NCBI GenBank assembly: GCA_037143135.1
Contig: JBAWZH010000001.1
Span: 9,553 to 73,552, forward strand
DNA length: 64,000 bases
From: a bacterium
Lineage (GTDB): Bacteria; Verrucomicrobiota; Kiritimatiellia; CAIKKV01; CAITUY01
Reading direction: 5' to 3'
This document shows, in pieces, positions 54,255-63,289 of this stretch (positions are counted from its first letter, which is position 1; each line of letters opens with the position of its first letter). The position numbers and the translations under genes were made by a program. Below the pieces are notes generated by a model that worked only from the letters and a program-made list of their open reading frames with translations, had not been told where the DNA came from and searched no databases.

Positions 54255-54995
54255 TTAAAGCTTTCGGGCGAAATCATCCGTGATCTCGTTATACGCCGCG
54301 CGTACAGCTTCCTCTGATGGATTGAGGTAAACGCTGGTGGCCCGGAGTGTTCTATGGCCAACCTGTTTCTGAACAATCGGCAGAGGTAGCTTGTAGCTGT
54401 GGATATGATGCATGATATGCGAGTGGCGCATGGAATGAACCGTGATCTGGCGCAGTTTTCGGCCTTTGGAGTCCTGGCCATACTCCCGGTTGAATCCGGC
54501 TTTAATGACATAGCGCTGGAATATCTGCCGTATTCGATTCTCACTGTAATGCCTGGCGGATCGAGTGGATCGCCGGAATAGATATTCATCCGGGCTGGTC
54601 ACACTTTCCGTTCGTTTCAACATCCGACCTTCCCTCCTGAGGAGGCTTTTGATCTCATTGATGACACCTTCCGGAAGGTGACTGGTCCGCTTGTGGCCCG
54701 TCTTGGTGTTGTCTGCTGGGATAAAGACGCTGTTCCGGCTGAAATCAAGGTGTTTGACCTGGATCCTGACAAACTCACCTACACGGCATCCAAGGTGGTA
54801 AATCACTCTGAACATGAGTTTGTGCCGGTAATCCTCTATACCATCAAGGAGTTTCTGCCATTCATCCAAGGTCAGGTACCGAATGGTCTCCCCAAAACGC
54901 TCATATTTCGGGGAATGTTTCACATTTGACGCTTTTGGGCCGATTCCGGCCTGTTTCACGCTTGGGAATGATTCGTTTTCTGTCATTTTCTTCAC
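54255..54995 (-). CDS. Tyrosine recombinase / integrase (short form, 246 aa)
   Basis: YHLGCRVGEFVRIQVKHLD (box I Arg), VHSMRHSHIMHHI (H-x-x-R), GHRTLRATSVYL (catalytic Tyr). Confidence 0.8.
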   Translation of the reverse strand: MKKMTENESFPSVKQAGIGPKASNVKHSPKYERFGETIRYLTLDEWQKLLDGIEDYRHKLMFRVIYHLGCRVGEFVRIQVKHLDFSRNSVFIPADNTKTGHKRTSHLPEGVINEIKSLLRREGRMLKRTESVTSPDEYLFRRSTRSARHYSENRIRQIFQRYVIKAGFNREYGQDSKGRKLRQITVHSMRHSHIMHHIHSYKLPLPIVQKQVGHRTLRATSVYLNPSEEAVRAAYNEITDDFARKL

Positions 54996-55139
54996 ACTGG
55001 GTCACAAATGTGAAGTTCGCCCCCTATTTATAGTTTGCGGAGAAAGCCTGAATAGTGAGAGACGTTACTTTTTGCCACCAACCGGCGGGGTTTTGAGTAT
55101 GCAAAGGTATATAAACCCTGATTGCGTTGTCATCCCAGA

Positions 55140-55361
55140 ATGACAACACATAATAAATACACCGAGAACACAAAGCTGTACCGGATGCTTGAAAGCATGG
55201 ATCGGGACATCAAAGGGATCGGCGTCGCCGTGCGAGGCATGAATGACACGGTCAGCGAGTTGCTGGCTAGAACTGAATGCATCTACGATGCCGTCTCCCA
55301 GCAACCTGAAAGTCGCATCGCCGGCATGACCGACGATAGCTTTTTGGATGAACTGGAATAG
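55140..55361 (+). CDS. Small hypothetical protein
   Basis: 73 aa from ATG 55140, embedded in the inverted repeat GTTGTCAT-N6-ATGACAAC (55127-55148). The ORF track uses TTG 55122. Confidence 0.3.
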   Translation: MTTHNKYTENTKLYRMLESMDRDIKGIGVAVRGMNDTVSELLARTECIYDAVSQQPESRIAGMTDDSFLDELE

Positions 55362-55905
55362 TAGGGATTCAGCGCGCGAGCAAAGAATGAATCGCCGTTC
55401 ATAGCGTCAGACGCGTCCAATCAGGGAGAACGGCAAACACTGATCCCCTGCGATTCTAGCAAGATCTGTAACGATCCCCGCATGTCCTGGATGATGAACC
55501 CTGCCGTAACAAACGTATTACCCCCGGCGAAAATCGTGCCCTATGGTCGGTAAATGCTCCTTATGACACGTGGGGAGGTGCGGATCCAACGGCTGCGGCA
55601 ACTTCATGGTCGGCGTGGCGGCGCGAAGTCCGCCTCTGCTGTTCAGCCAATGCAACCTCTAATCTCTCGTTAAAGGGAAAATCCCTGCGAACGACGATCT
55701 TCCACAAATAATTGTGGAATGCCCCCGTATCGGGAAGTATAGTCTAGACAAAGGGTGGCGGAATGGTCATTGAGCCGTGTCTCACAATGATGAATGAGAA
55801 AGTCTATATACATTATCGGGATGTTTTCCGTGGATAACAGGCAGGACTTTCGACTTTATCAAGATAATCGGGATCGGAATTAATAATTGTTGGGCATGAA
55901 ATATT

Positions 55906-56622
55906 GTGAGCAGTGCAATCAAATACGTCCTCAGCAACAAAGAGTGGATATTCTCCGGCTGTGGCTTGTTAGTTGTTAGTGCGATCGTATGGCTACTGCG
56001 CAGCTTGTTTTTCAGAACAAAAGAGGGAAGGCGCAGCGATGTACGGAGCGCATCAAATGCCGAGACGGAAAGCGTGCGCACGAAGAAAAGCCAGAACGAA
56101 GTGCCGCAACATTGGCATGGGATAATGCCTCCCGACAGCAAGTACAGCTTCTCGACAACAGAAGAGAGTTCATTCCCGATTGGCGAACAAACAATTTCGC
56201 TGGAATATGGTCCACGTGGGCACGCTTATCCCTTGCAGATGAAGGGATCACTCGTCAGCGCGCATATCGCCTTTACATGCCGAATCGTCAATGTTTCTCA
56301 GGCAATAGCCGGAGCAGACGGTTACGCATTGAATATCCTCCCGCCCATGTTCCTGACAGCAGCGAGATCTGTGCTTGAGTCTGCAACACTGTCACAACTC
56401 CGAAACGGGAGGGAGCGATACGCTACAGATGTCGTGAACAAGCTCAAACCACTCTTCAGCAAGCATGGCTTTCATCTTGAATCCGTGACTATTGGCGCAC
56501 TTGAGAGACTTGAACGGCCGGCGGCTGACAAGCGCAAATCAACAACTCTGATTAACGTGAACGTGACCCATCAAGTGCCCAACAATCGACCGGAGGTTAT
56601 TCGCCCGAAGACAGGCGAATAA
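55906..56622 (+). CDS. N-terminally TM-anchored protein with SPFH/band-7-like C-terminal half
   Basis: TM helix WIFSGCGLLVVSAIVWLL. AHIAFTCRIVNVSQAIAG ... LTAARSVLESATLSQLRNGRERYATDVVNKLKPLFSKHGFHLESVTIGALE resembles the SPFH pattern. Confidence 0.4.
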   Translation: MSSAIKYVLSNKEWIFSGCGLLVVSAIVWLLRSLFFRTKEGRRSDVRSASNAETESVRTKKSQNEVPQHWHGIMPPDSKYSFSTTEESSFPIGEQTISLEYGPRGHAYPLQMKGSLVSAHIAFTCRIVNVSQAIAGADGYALNILPPMFLTAARSVLESATLSQLRNGRERYATDVVNKLKPLFSKHGFHLESVTIGALERLERPAADKRKSTTLINVNVTHQVPNNRPEVIRPKTGE

Positions 56623-56677
56623 CCTCAGCCGTAACGTTAGGCCACCAAATTGAGATTGTGGAAACAAAGGAGCGGGA

Positions 56678-57427
56678 TTGAGACCTGAGACGCATTTTGC
56701 CGATTGGAGGGAGTTCGAGGACTACGTCTATGGCTTACTTCTTACCGCCAAGCCTGCGCTCGCACATCGCAATCTCGCTGTCCACAAACACAGACGGATG
56801 CGCGGGAACCGCACAACATGGACGATTGACGTGGAGTACGAACTTGATGTGCTTGGCATCAGGCATGTCGTCTTGGTTGAGTGCAAGTACTTCGCTCGCA
56901 AGGTCACACGACGGGAAGCCTCCTATCTCCTCGCGTGTGTGCAGGATGTCGGAGCGGCCAAAGGCATTCTCGTTAGCAATCAAGGGTTCACGGCTGGGGC
57001 TAGGGAAGTCGTTGCCGCCTCGCCCGTTCTTCTCCTTCAAGTCCCGGAGTTGTTCGGGATCTTGGAGGCTGATTTGCTTGTGTCCCTGAAGAAACGGCTC
57101 TTCCGCGACATAATCGACATGCGCGACGAGGCAATCTGGGTGCCAAAGGTTCGCGGCTTTGGCGGTGACCACGGGAGGTTCGTCGAGATTCAGAGTGAAC
57201 TGAGTCAGTACGTGGACTTCCCCCATCGCTTCCCTTTGCCCCTCGCCTTCAGCCGCCTCCAACTCGATGGACAGGATTCTGCGCCCATCAAGATCAGCAG
57301 CAAACTTGAATACGTCCTAACAGTGATTGACAACATCGCCGAGGTCAGGAAGCAGTACGGCGATAGGTACGGCTTCGCTGGATGTGAATACACGCAACAG
57401 CAGGAAGCACAAGAGCAGAGAGCCTAA
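56678..57427 (+). CDS. Mrr-like (restriction endonuclease fold) protein
   Basis: WTIDVEYELDVLGIRHVVLVECKYFARKVTRREASYLLACVQDVGAAKGILVSNQGFT shows the D ... E-x-K core of the Mrr_cat type. TTG start. Confidence 0.6.
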   Translation: MRPETHFADWREFEDYVYGLLLTAKPALAHRNLAVHKHRRMRGNRTTWTIDVEYELDVLGIRHVVLVECKYFARKVTRREASYLLACVQDVGAAKGILVSNQGFTAGAREVVAASPVLLLQVPELFGILEADLLVSLKKRLFRDIIDMRDEAIWVPKVRGFGGDHGRFVEIQSELSQYVDFPHRFPLPLAFSRLQLDGQDSAPIKISSKLEYVLTVIDNIAEVRKQYGDRYGFAGCEYTQQQEAQEQRA

Positions 57428-57694
57428 CAAAAGTACGGAAGGTATGGCGCTCCCCTGCGCTCCACGCCAACCTTCACGCTATTTGTACCTCGCCCACTCA
57501 GGTTATAAGGAGCATTTGCCGATCGTGAGGACACTGATTCCTGAGTTAATGATGTTAGAGGTTTTGCCCAACTATATTATCCTGATCCTGGCGATTCCTT
57601 CTTGATGCTCCCACCCGGCGGTGACACTCATGTGGGTTCGGTTCATGGAAACCTTTATATACTGCTCCACCTTCTCTACCCCGAGGTGAAGCCA

Positions 57695-57886
57695 ATGGGA
57701 AAAGGAAGACCGTCGAAATGTCCACACTGCAAGAAATCCGCAAGAAGTATATCCAAGGGGTTCAAATACCGTGCTCATGGAAAAGCTAAGGATCGGAAAT
57801 GTTGCAACTGCGGTAAAAGATATCTGGTTGAAGTGAAGCCGGGCATACATCGTGTGTGCCCGTCTCACGACTGTATGTCCGATTGA
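57695..57886 (+). CDS. Small zinc-ribbon protein
   Basis: CPHCKK ... CCNCGKRY gives two CxxC pairs. GAGGTG RBS before ATG 57695; the ORF-track start is 57602. Confidence 0.4.
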   Translation: MGKGRPSKCPHCKKSARSISKGFKYRAHGKAKDRKCCNCGKRYLVEVKPGIHRVCPSHDCMSD

Positions 57887-57898
57887 GAATACCTCTGG

Positions 57899-58219
57899 GT
57901 GGTGTCATGTCAGATGAAGAAAAACGATGAAGGGATCCAGAAGTTAATCGCAGAATTGCGTTTGTTATACGGAAAAGTTCGGGGGGAACGCGAGTTCCTC
58001 GCGCTTAAAAAGTCAGAGCTCCGGCCGGGTGATGAAATCTCGTTCTTTGGTTTCATACAAGCGCGGGAGCAGTTGGCGTGTGAGACATCATTACTGACCG
58101 GCCATGCGATCCTGGTCCAGGAGATCATTGCCAGGAAGAAGATCGTGGTTCCTGCGGCTGATCAGCGTTTTCTAAAGGAGATCAACGCCCTTTCTTGGAT
58201 GTATATATCCCGCATCTAA
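57899..58219 (+). CDS. Hypothetical protein
   Basis: 106-aa ORF with helical composition. Confidence 0.35.
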   Translation: MVSCQMKKNDEGIQKLIAELRLLYGKVRGEREFLALKKSELRPGDEISFFGFIQAREQLACETSLLTGHAILVQEIIARKKIVVPAADQRFLKEINALSWMYISRI

Positions 58220-58299
58220 CCCGGCGGGTTTCTGCCAATGCAAAGATATATAAAGGGGCTTTGTGTCTTATCACTGTACTACTCAGGAATGACAACAAC

Positions 58300-58887
58300 A
58301 TGGCAAACTATTCATTTATGACCGATCAAGGTTGGCGGGTTACGGAATACCGTCCATTCAGCCCAAGCTATGCGGTTTTGCATACGCCGGGAATGAAGGA
58401 GGAACGCAAATCCGCCTATGCAACTGCATTGTATTCTCATAGTGAGACAACCAATCTGGCGCCGGATGAAAACTCATCAGGGGACTTGCTCAAAACTCTC
58501 ACAGGCCAACAATTGAAGTTCGATTATTTCTCGGAGGATGTGCTGAAACAATTGCTCAAAGAGCGGGTGACTATACGCGACAGGAACCGTGCCGCGATCC
58601 AAGGCCGGCTTTCGGATCTTTCGGGCGAAATATACGGAGCAGTAATACTCAAAACACCCGATGGGGATAAACGCAGGCAGGGCTTGGAAAAGACCAAGAT
58701 GGATCTTGAAAAACAACTTCGCGACGAAGATGTTACGCTCTGGAAGGATGCCGTCGAACTTAGACGGGAACTCATTATTGCTGCCAAGAAATATGAAGGC
58801 ACAAAACTCAGGACCGGACTATTTGCTATGCCGCTGACTCAGGATGACCAACATAAAATCGAAGGATACGGTAACTTTTCAGGATAG
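58300..58887 (+). CDS. Hypothetical protein with coiled-coil C-terminal half
   Basis: ATG 58300 chosen because ORF-track start 58195 overlaps the previous ORF. Its 3' end overlaps the ATPase gene by 44 nt. Confidence 0.4.
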   Translation: MANYSFMTDQGWRVTEYRPFSPSYAVLHTPGMKEERKSAYATALYSHSETTNLAPDENSSGDLLKTLTGQQLKFDYFSEDVLKQLLKERVTIRDRNRAAIQGRLSDLSGEIYGAVILKTPDGDKRRQGLEKTKMDLEKQLRDEDVTLWKDAVELRRELIIAAKKYEGTKLRTGLFAMPLTQDDQHKIEGYGNFSG

Positions 58888-60514
58888 ATGCATCGCGCTT
58901 CGCCCAATTCTGGGGAAACAGGTCGATCAGATATGGCAATGCTACCTTTTTCAGGATGAAGATGGAAAATTCGAACTAGAGCAACAGCTTGAGCTCATGG
59001 TCAATTCGGCACTGAATACCGATGTGCAGGATAAAGCCCCAGTCTTTCCGCCGCCAACCGCCGAGGTTGCCGCCGGGGAGATTGCCCTCGGTGATGTCGA
59101 ATATAATCATAAGCCATATTGTCCCTTCGGGCTCAGGAAAGACGAACTGATGAAGCACGTCGGGCTCTTTGGTCAAACCGGTACCGGTAAAACCAATGCC
59201 GCCCATCTTCTGGCCTCCCAAATTCACAAACTGGGCACTCCGATCTGGGTGCTTGAATTCAAAAGGGGTTGGAGGGAATTGCGAGCATTGCCGGAATTCC
59301 AGGATTTATTGGTATTTACCGTCGGGCGTAATGACATTGCCCCCATTTCTTTCAACCCGCTCATCCCGGTGGAGGGCGTGGACCCGCATACATGGATAAA
59401 GAAGATCTCCCACACAATTTCCAACGCGTTCTTTCTCGGGCAGGGAGTTCTCTATTTGCTGGAGGTTGTTTTGGCAAAGCTATACGAGGAATATGGGATC
59501 TTTGAGGGTAAACCGGAGCGATATCCCACATTTCGGGATGTCTTGCGAATGCTGCAGAATTACCCGATCCGAAGTGGTAGGGAAACCCTTTGGCTGTCCT
59601 CAGCGCTAAGGGCGATACATTCGCTGTGTTTTGGCCAGATGGACCGGATTGTTAATGCCCAGGGAAATGACAGTCTCAAATCCCTGATCAATCATTCTGT
59701 CGTTTTTGAAATGGACTCCCTTGGCCATGAGGACAAGGTTTTCTTCACCGAATGTGTCATGCTCTGGGCCTATGAATATTACCAGGCGAGGCCGGTTAGG
59801 GAACAACTCCAACTGGTGATGTTCCTTGAGGAGGCCCATAACATCGCCGGGCGACAGGGACGGGATGATTCCGGGTCTAAGATCATTGTGGATCAGATGT
59901 TCCGTCAGAGCCGTGAATATGGGATTGGATTGGTCATCATAGACCAGATGCCCTCCGCCATCTCGCGTACGGCCCTGGCCAATGTGCATTGCCTCATCGC
60001 TATGGGTGTAAAAGAGAAGGCGGATGCCGTGGCTTTGACAGGTTCCATGCTGTTGGATCGGGAGCAGGGCGACATGCTCGGGCGACTCAGTCTGGGATCC
60101 GCGATTGTTAAGTTGCAGCGAAAGGGGCTGATTGATCCCTTTATCTTGAAGACCCCCTTGATGCCAGTGAAGAAGGGAACTATGTCGGATGATATGATCC
60201 GGGATATGATGCAGGTATATGTCCGGCCCGTTGAACATTCTGGAGAGGCATCCCATTCGACTTCTCAGCCGAAACTCTCGGAATCAGAAATGGCACTATT
60301 GGTGGATGTGGCGATCATGCCCGACTCCGGCGTGGTGGCGCGATATACAAGATGCAAACTGTCCGGCCGACAGGGCGACAAGGCCAAACGATCCCTGATA
60401 GAAATGGGATTCATCGAGGAAGTTGAACAGCTTACCCCAAGGGGGCGTTCAAAAATGATTCGGCTTACCGAAAAAGGAACGAGTTTTCTGGAAGCCAGGC
60501 CATCTGAAATATAA
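58844..60514 (+). CDS. HerA/FtsK-superfamily (DUF87-like) P-loop ATPase with C-terminal winged-helix
   Basis: VGLFGQTGTGKTNAAHLLA (Walker A), LVMFLEEAHNIAG (Walker B), and C-terminal wHTH-like LSGRQGDKAKRSLIEMGFIEEVEQLTPRGRSKMIRLTEKG. Confidence 0.7.
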   Translation: MTNIKSKDTVTFQDRCIALRPILGKQVDQIWQCYLFQDEDGKFELEQQLELMVNSALNTDVQDKAPVFPPPTAEVAAGEIALGDVEYNHKPYCPFGLRKDELMKHVGLFGQTGTGKTNAAHLLASQIHKLGTPIWVLEFKRGWRELRALPEFQDLLVFTVGRNDIAPISFNPLIPVEGVDPHTWIKKISHTISNAFFLGQGVLYLLEVVLAKLYEEYGIFEGKPERYPTFRDVLRMLQNYPIRSGRETLWLSSALRAIHSLCFGQMDRIVNAQGNDSLKSLINHSVVFEMDSLGHEDKVFFTECVMLWAYEYYQARPVREQLQLVMFLEEAHNIAGRQGRDDSGSKIIVDQMFRQSREYGIGLVIIDQMPSAISRTALANVHCLIAMGVKEKADAVALTGSMLLDREQGDMLGRLSLGSAIVKLQRKGLIDPFILKTPLMPVKKGTMSDDMIRDMMQVYVRPVEHSGEASHSTSQPKLSESEMALLVDVAIMPDSGVVARYTRCKLSGRQGDKAKRSLIEMGFIEEVEQLTPRGRSKMIRLTEKGTSFLEARPSEI

Positions 60515-60698
60515 CAGGCCGGCGAAGAGAGAGTGCGCCGTTTACGTCGAGGTGTTAATGCCTTCACATCAGGATTCATCATTGTTGTCACGCAACAACA
60601 ACAACAAAAACTTTTTAAAGAAAAGAAGAAGAAGAGAAGAGGTTCACTGCTCACATTACTGGATGATCTGACTCATCTGACGCGTTCAGCGCACTCTC

Positions 60699-61796
60699 TT
60701 ACTGGAACCGGGCGGAAAAGACGGCGCTCAGTTCCTCGGGTGAGACTAATGGCTCAATCCTGTTTGTAAAGGTCCGATCTACTTTGGCGCTGACCAGCAG
60801 GATCAGGCCAAGGGATGCCAAGTATCCCAGGGTTGAATAGAATTGTGTGTAACCGTAGGGTTCCTCCCCGCAAGCCCGACTCAGGGTGCTATAATGCTGA
60901 TACACCGACTTCACCAGTTTTGAAGACTCTTCCATGCTTGCCTTAAGAATGAGGAGCGCCTTGTCATTGGTACCCACCAGGACATCTTTCACCACATCTT
61001 CCCGTGCCTTGGCAAAACACTCATCCACGGTTGGAGCCTCCCCGGTGGAACAGTAAAGGAGGGCCTTGATGGCGACCCTGACATCGCCGTTTGTATTCTT
61101 GGCCGTCATGGCGGCGATTTCTTCCAACAACCCAGGAGCAACCCTCTTTAGGCCTGTCTCTGCCCGGTCTTTCAGGATGTCTAGGATCTCACTGGCTGAG
61201 TAGGTTCTGAATGATATGACTTCTGGCTGGAGTGAGGAGCGAGTGCTCTCATCCAGTTGCTTAAGGTAGCGGTGGTTATTGCTGAGGAGGACCAGGGAAT
61301 AGCGGTTGGGGCTTCGGCTCAGGAAGTACAGGATATCCCGCTTGAGGTCATTTTCGACCAGCATGTCGGCCTCGTCGAGGACGATGACCGCCGGGCCGGG
61401 GATTTCCTTCTCGAATCGTTCGCATAGCTCGGAATAGGCGTACCCCCGCGGCTTGGCTTTCAAGATGGCGGCCAATGCCTTAAAGCTGGAATTATGGATC
61501 CGGCAATTCACGCCAAAGAAGGGGAGTTTTAGCTTTTCAGAAAAGGCTTTTTCAAGGTACCGAAATGTCAGGGTTTTCCCGCAACCCCTGGCACCGAATA
61601 CCATCATGTTTCGGGCAATCCCGCTACCCTGATAGCGGACCAGGCAGTCCACAATCCGTTTAACTTCAGGCCGAATGACCGGCCGGTCCGGGATGTGGTC
61701 GAAGCTGAAAACCCGGAAGTCCTTTACACTGGATGCGACGCGTTCAGCCTCCTGACGCGACTGCTCAATGTATGCCAATAACTCTTCCTGACCCAT
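60699..61796 (-). CDS. Orc1/Cdc6-type AAA+ protein with C-terminal winged helix
   Basis: FDHIPDRPVIRPEVKRIVDCL, MMVFGARGCGKTLTFRYL (Walker A), AVIVLDEADML (Walker B), ISFRTYSASEILDILKDRA, TNGDVRVAIKALL, and the wH-like YTQFYSTLGYLASLGLILLV. Confidence 0.8.
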   Translation of the reverse strand: MGQEELLAYIEQSRQEAERVASSVKDFRVFSFDHIPDRPVIRPEVKRIVDCLVRYQGSGIARNMMVFGARGCGKTLTFRYLEKAFSEKLKLPFFGVNCRIHNSSFKALAAILKAKPRGYAYSELCERFEKEIPGPAVIVLDEADMLVENDLKRDILYFLSRSPNRYSLVLLSNNHRYLKQLDESTRSSLQPEVISFRTYSASEILDILKDRAETGLKRVAPGLLEEIAAMTAKNTNGDVRVAIKALLYCSTGEAPTVDECFAKAREDVVKDVLVGTNDKALLILKASMEESSKLVKSVYQHYSTLSRACGEEPYGYTQFYSTLGYLASLGLILLVSAKVDRTFTNRIEPLVSPEELSAVFSARFQ

Positions 61797-62145
61797 TCTC
61801 TTTTGACGTATTCACCTCACTCTTCAAGATGAATCGAAGTTAATAAACCTTTCGCTTTCTTGCTGAAATGGTGGCCAAAATAATTAATTTCCATACTTCT
61901 CATTATCCCCCCTCTCTCCTCAAAATTAATTAATCTCATTACAAATCAACAACTTACACAACAAAATCAATTCACATCATAAAATCAATACTCGTCGTCA
62001 CACGTCGTCGTCCCGTCGTCACGCGAACGCCAAAGCGACCGCGCACTCCCTTACTTCCACACCCTATCTTTCATCTCCCTGCCCCCAGAAATCATTACCA
62101 ATAACATCCCCAGATTCCCATCATTACACATCATAACTTCAATAC

Positions 62146-62294
62146 TCGTCGTCGTCCGTCGTCGTCCGTCGTCGTCCGTCCGTTCGTCCGTCCGTTCGTC
62201 CGTCCGTTCGTCCGTCGTCCGTTCGTCCGTCCGTTCGTCCGTCCGTTCGTCCGTCGTTCGTCCGTCCGTCGTCCGTCGTCCGTCCGTCGTCCGT
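62146..62294. repeat. Tandem 10-mer/12-mer repeat tract (CGTCGTCCGT x3, then CCGTTCGTCCGT x3 + CGT + x3, then degenerate copies)
   Basis: Read directly from 62146-62294. A related CTCGTCGTC...CGTCGTCGTC...CGTCGTC patch lies at about 61990-62020, and TCAATACTCGTCGTC occurs at about 61985 and about 62139. Confidence 0.85.
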
Positions 62295-62448
62295 TACTAT
62301 AAATATGGCACCCGCAGGTGCCCTTTACTTTCGTCTCCGTTATATCATCCATCCGTAGGCGTATCCGAGGCCTCCATCAGCGCGCCGTAGCGCGCCTATC
62401 TCCATTTGCCCAAAGTTGGCCCCGCCAACCTGATATTTGGACAAGCTG

Positions 62449-62607
62449 TTATCCGCTAACAGCGATTCTTCCGCTTGCCTCCAATACCTCTCTTGCTCGA
62501 TTAACGAGCCAAAGATTATCTGTTTTCTTCACTGAAGCCGCTTCGGCTTCCTGAATCATATCTTTGACAAGCTTCAAGAGCTCTTTGAGTCGCTTTGTGT
62601 CTTCCAT
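62449..62607 (-). CDS. Small helical hypothetical protein (52 aa)
   Basis: ATG at 62607 has AAAGGAGGTG 8 nt upstream, which favours this start over ORF-track start 62640. A hairpin GTTGGC-GGG-GCCAAC followed by TTT lies just downstream (62415-62429). Confidence 0.4.
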   Translation of the reverse strand: MEDTKRLKELLKLVKDMIQEAEAASVKKTDNLWLVNRAREVLEASGRIAVSG

Positions 62608-62640
62608 TCTCTGAGCACCTCCTTTTACTGATTTTTCCAT

Positions 62641-63289
62641 GCCGGAGGCCGCGGGCTTCGATAGATAAATTTTTCGGTTACCGCAGTGACCGAAAGATTT
62701 ACTGAGCGAAGCCTGCTTCGTTCGGGAAAAATCAGGGAGGTGCGAAGCCAGAAATCACACAATGCGGCAAACGAGCGCCGCTTGTCTTTTCGGCTTCCTT
62801 GCCTTCCTGGTTCCCTTATAGATAGTTGCCCGCGCGCGTATTCATAACCGCCCGCAGGCGGCTAACGTTAGGGGTGGGCGAAGCCCCCTCGCATTAGCGT
62901 GCCGCAGCACGCCTAGATTTCGTCGTCAGTCGTCATATGCGCGCCGCAGCGCGTCTATCATTTCCCCTTCGGTCGAAGACCGAAATCCGGGTCCCGTTCC
63001 CTGACACGGGCTCACAATGCCATTCAAATGACCGTGTCATTTCATAAGCGCCCTCTGGAGCCAGATTCAGAGCGGTACCTCGAATCTGGTGACGAGCGGC
63101 AGCGGATCACCGAACGGACCGAAAGCCATTGGGTTGAGGTTGAGTGTCCGTTACCCTCCCACGAAACCTCCCCTTGGGTTTCGTGTCCGGAGGACAATTC
63201 GTCCCCCATCTTCCCTTCATCCATCTCTCGCTATATCCCTAAACAAGACAACGCCCCGACGGGGGCCCGTCAAGGCGTCGCTTGTTTCC
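62641..63289 (-). ncRNA. Candidate large structured RNA or structured leader (strand uncertain)
   Basis: A roughly 650-nt stretch without a credible ORF contains at least 10 stable hairpins, several with conserved CGCA loops on different stems. See findings. No Rfam family recognised by eye. Confidence 0.3.

Larger units (their letters stand above)
45085..54995 (-). mobile_element. Integrase-associated, GC-richer mobile-element-like gene block (ends not defined)
   Basis: Uninterrupted minus-strand genes typical of conjugative-element or phage accessory regions (SSB, RadC/JAB, ComF-like PRTase, AAA+, MTase-like), plus a tyrosine recombinase at the upstream end. No att repeats or tRNA identified. 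Confidence 0.45.

Noticed and set aside
55700-55719. Perfect palindrome TTCCACAA-ATAA-TTGTGGAA in the ORF-free 55.36-55.9 kb stretch
   Set aside because: It could be an operator, but it lies about 190 nt from the nearest credible start and I see no associated promoter. The evidence is insufficient.
60528-60699. 11-bp perfect inverted repeat (AGAGAGTGCGC at 60528-60538 and GCGCACTCTCT at 60689-60699) bracketing a low-complexity intergenic tract (CAACAACAACAAC, GAAGAAGAAGAG)
   Set aside because: My rough estimate is that about one such local 11-bp match is expected by chance in 64 kb. There is no other support for a MITE or regulatory stem.
62146-62294. Possible CRISPR array
   Set aside because: The units are 10-12 bp and contiguous, with no spacers, and there are no cas genes in the window. 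It is a simple tandem repeat.
62131-62352. 73-aa minus-strand ORF rich in RTNGRTNG repeats
   Set aside because: It is simply the translation of the 12-bp DNA tandem repeat. It has no RBS and no non-repeat domain, so I treat it as an artefact of the repeat tract.
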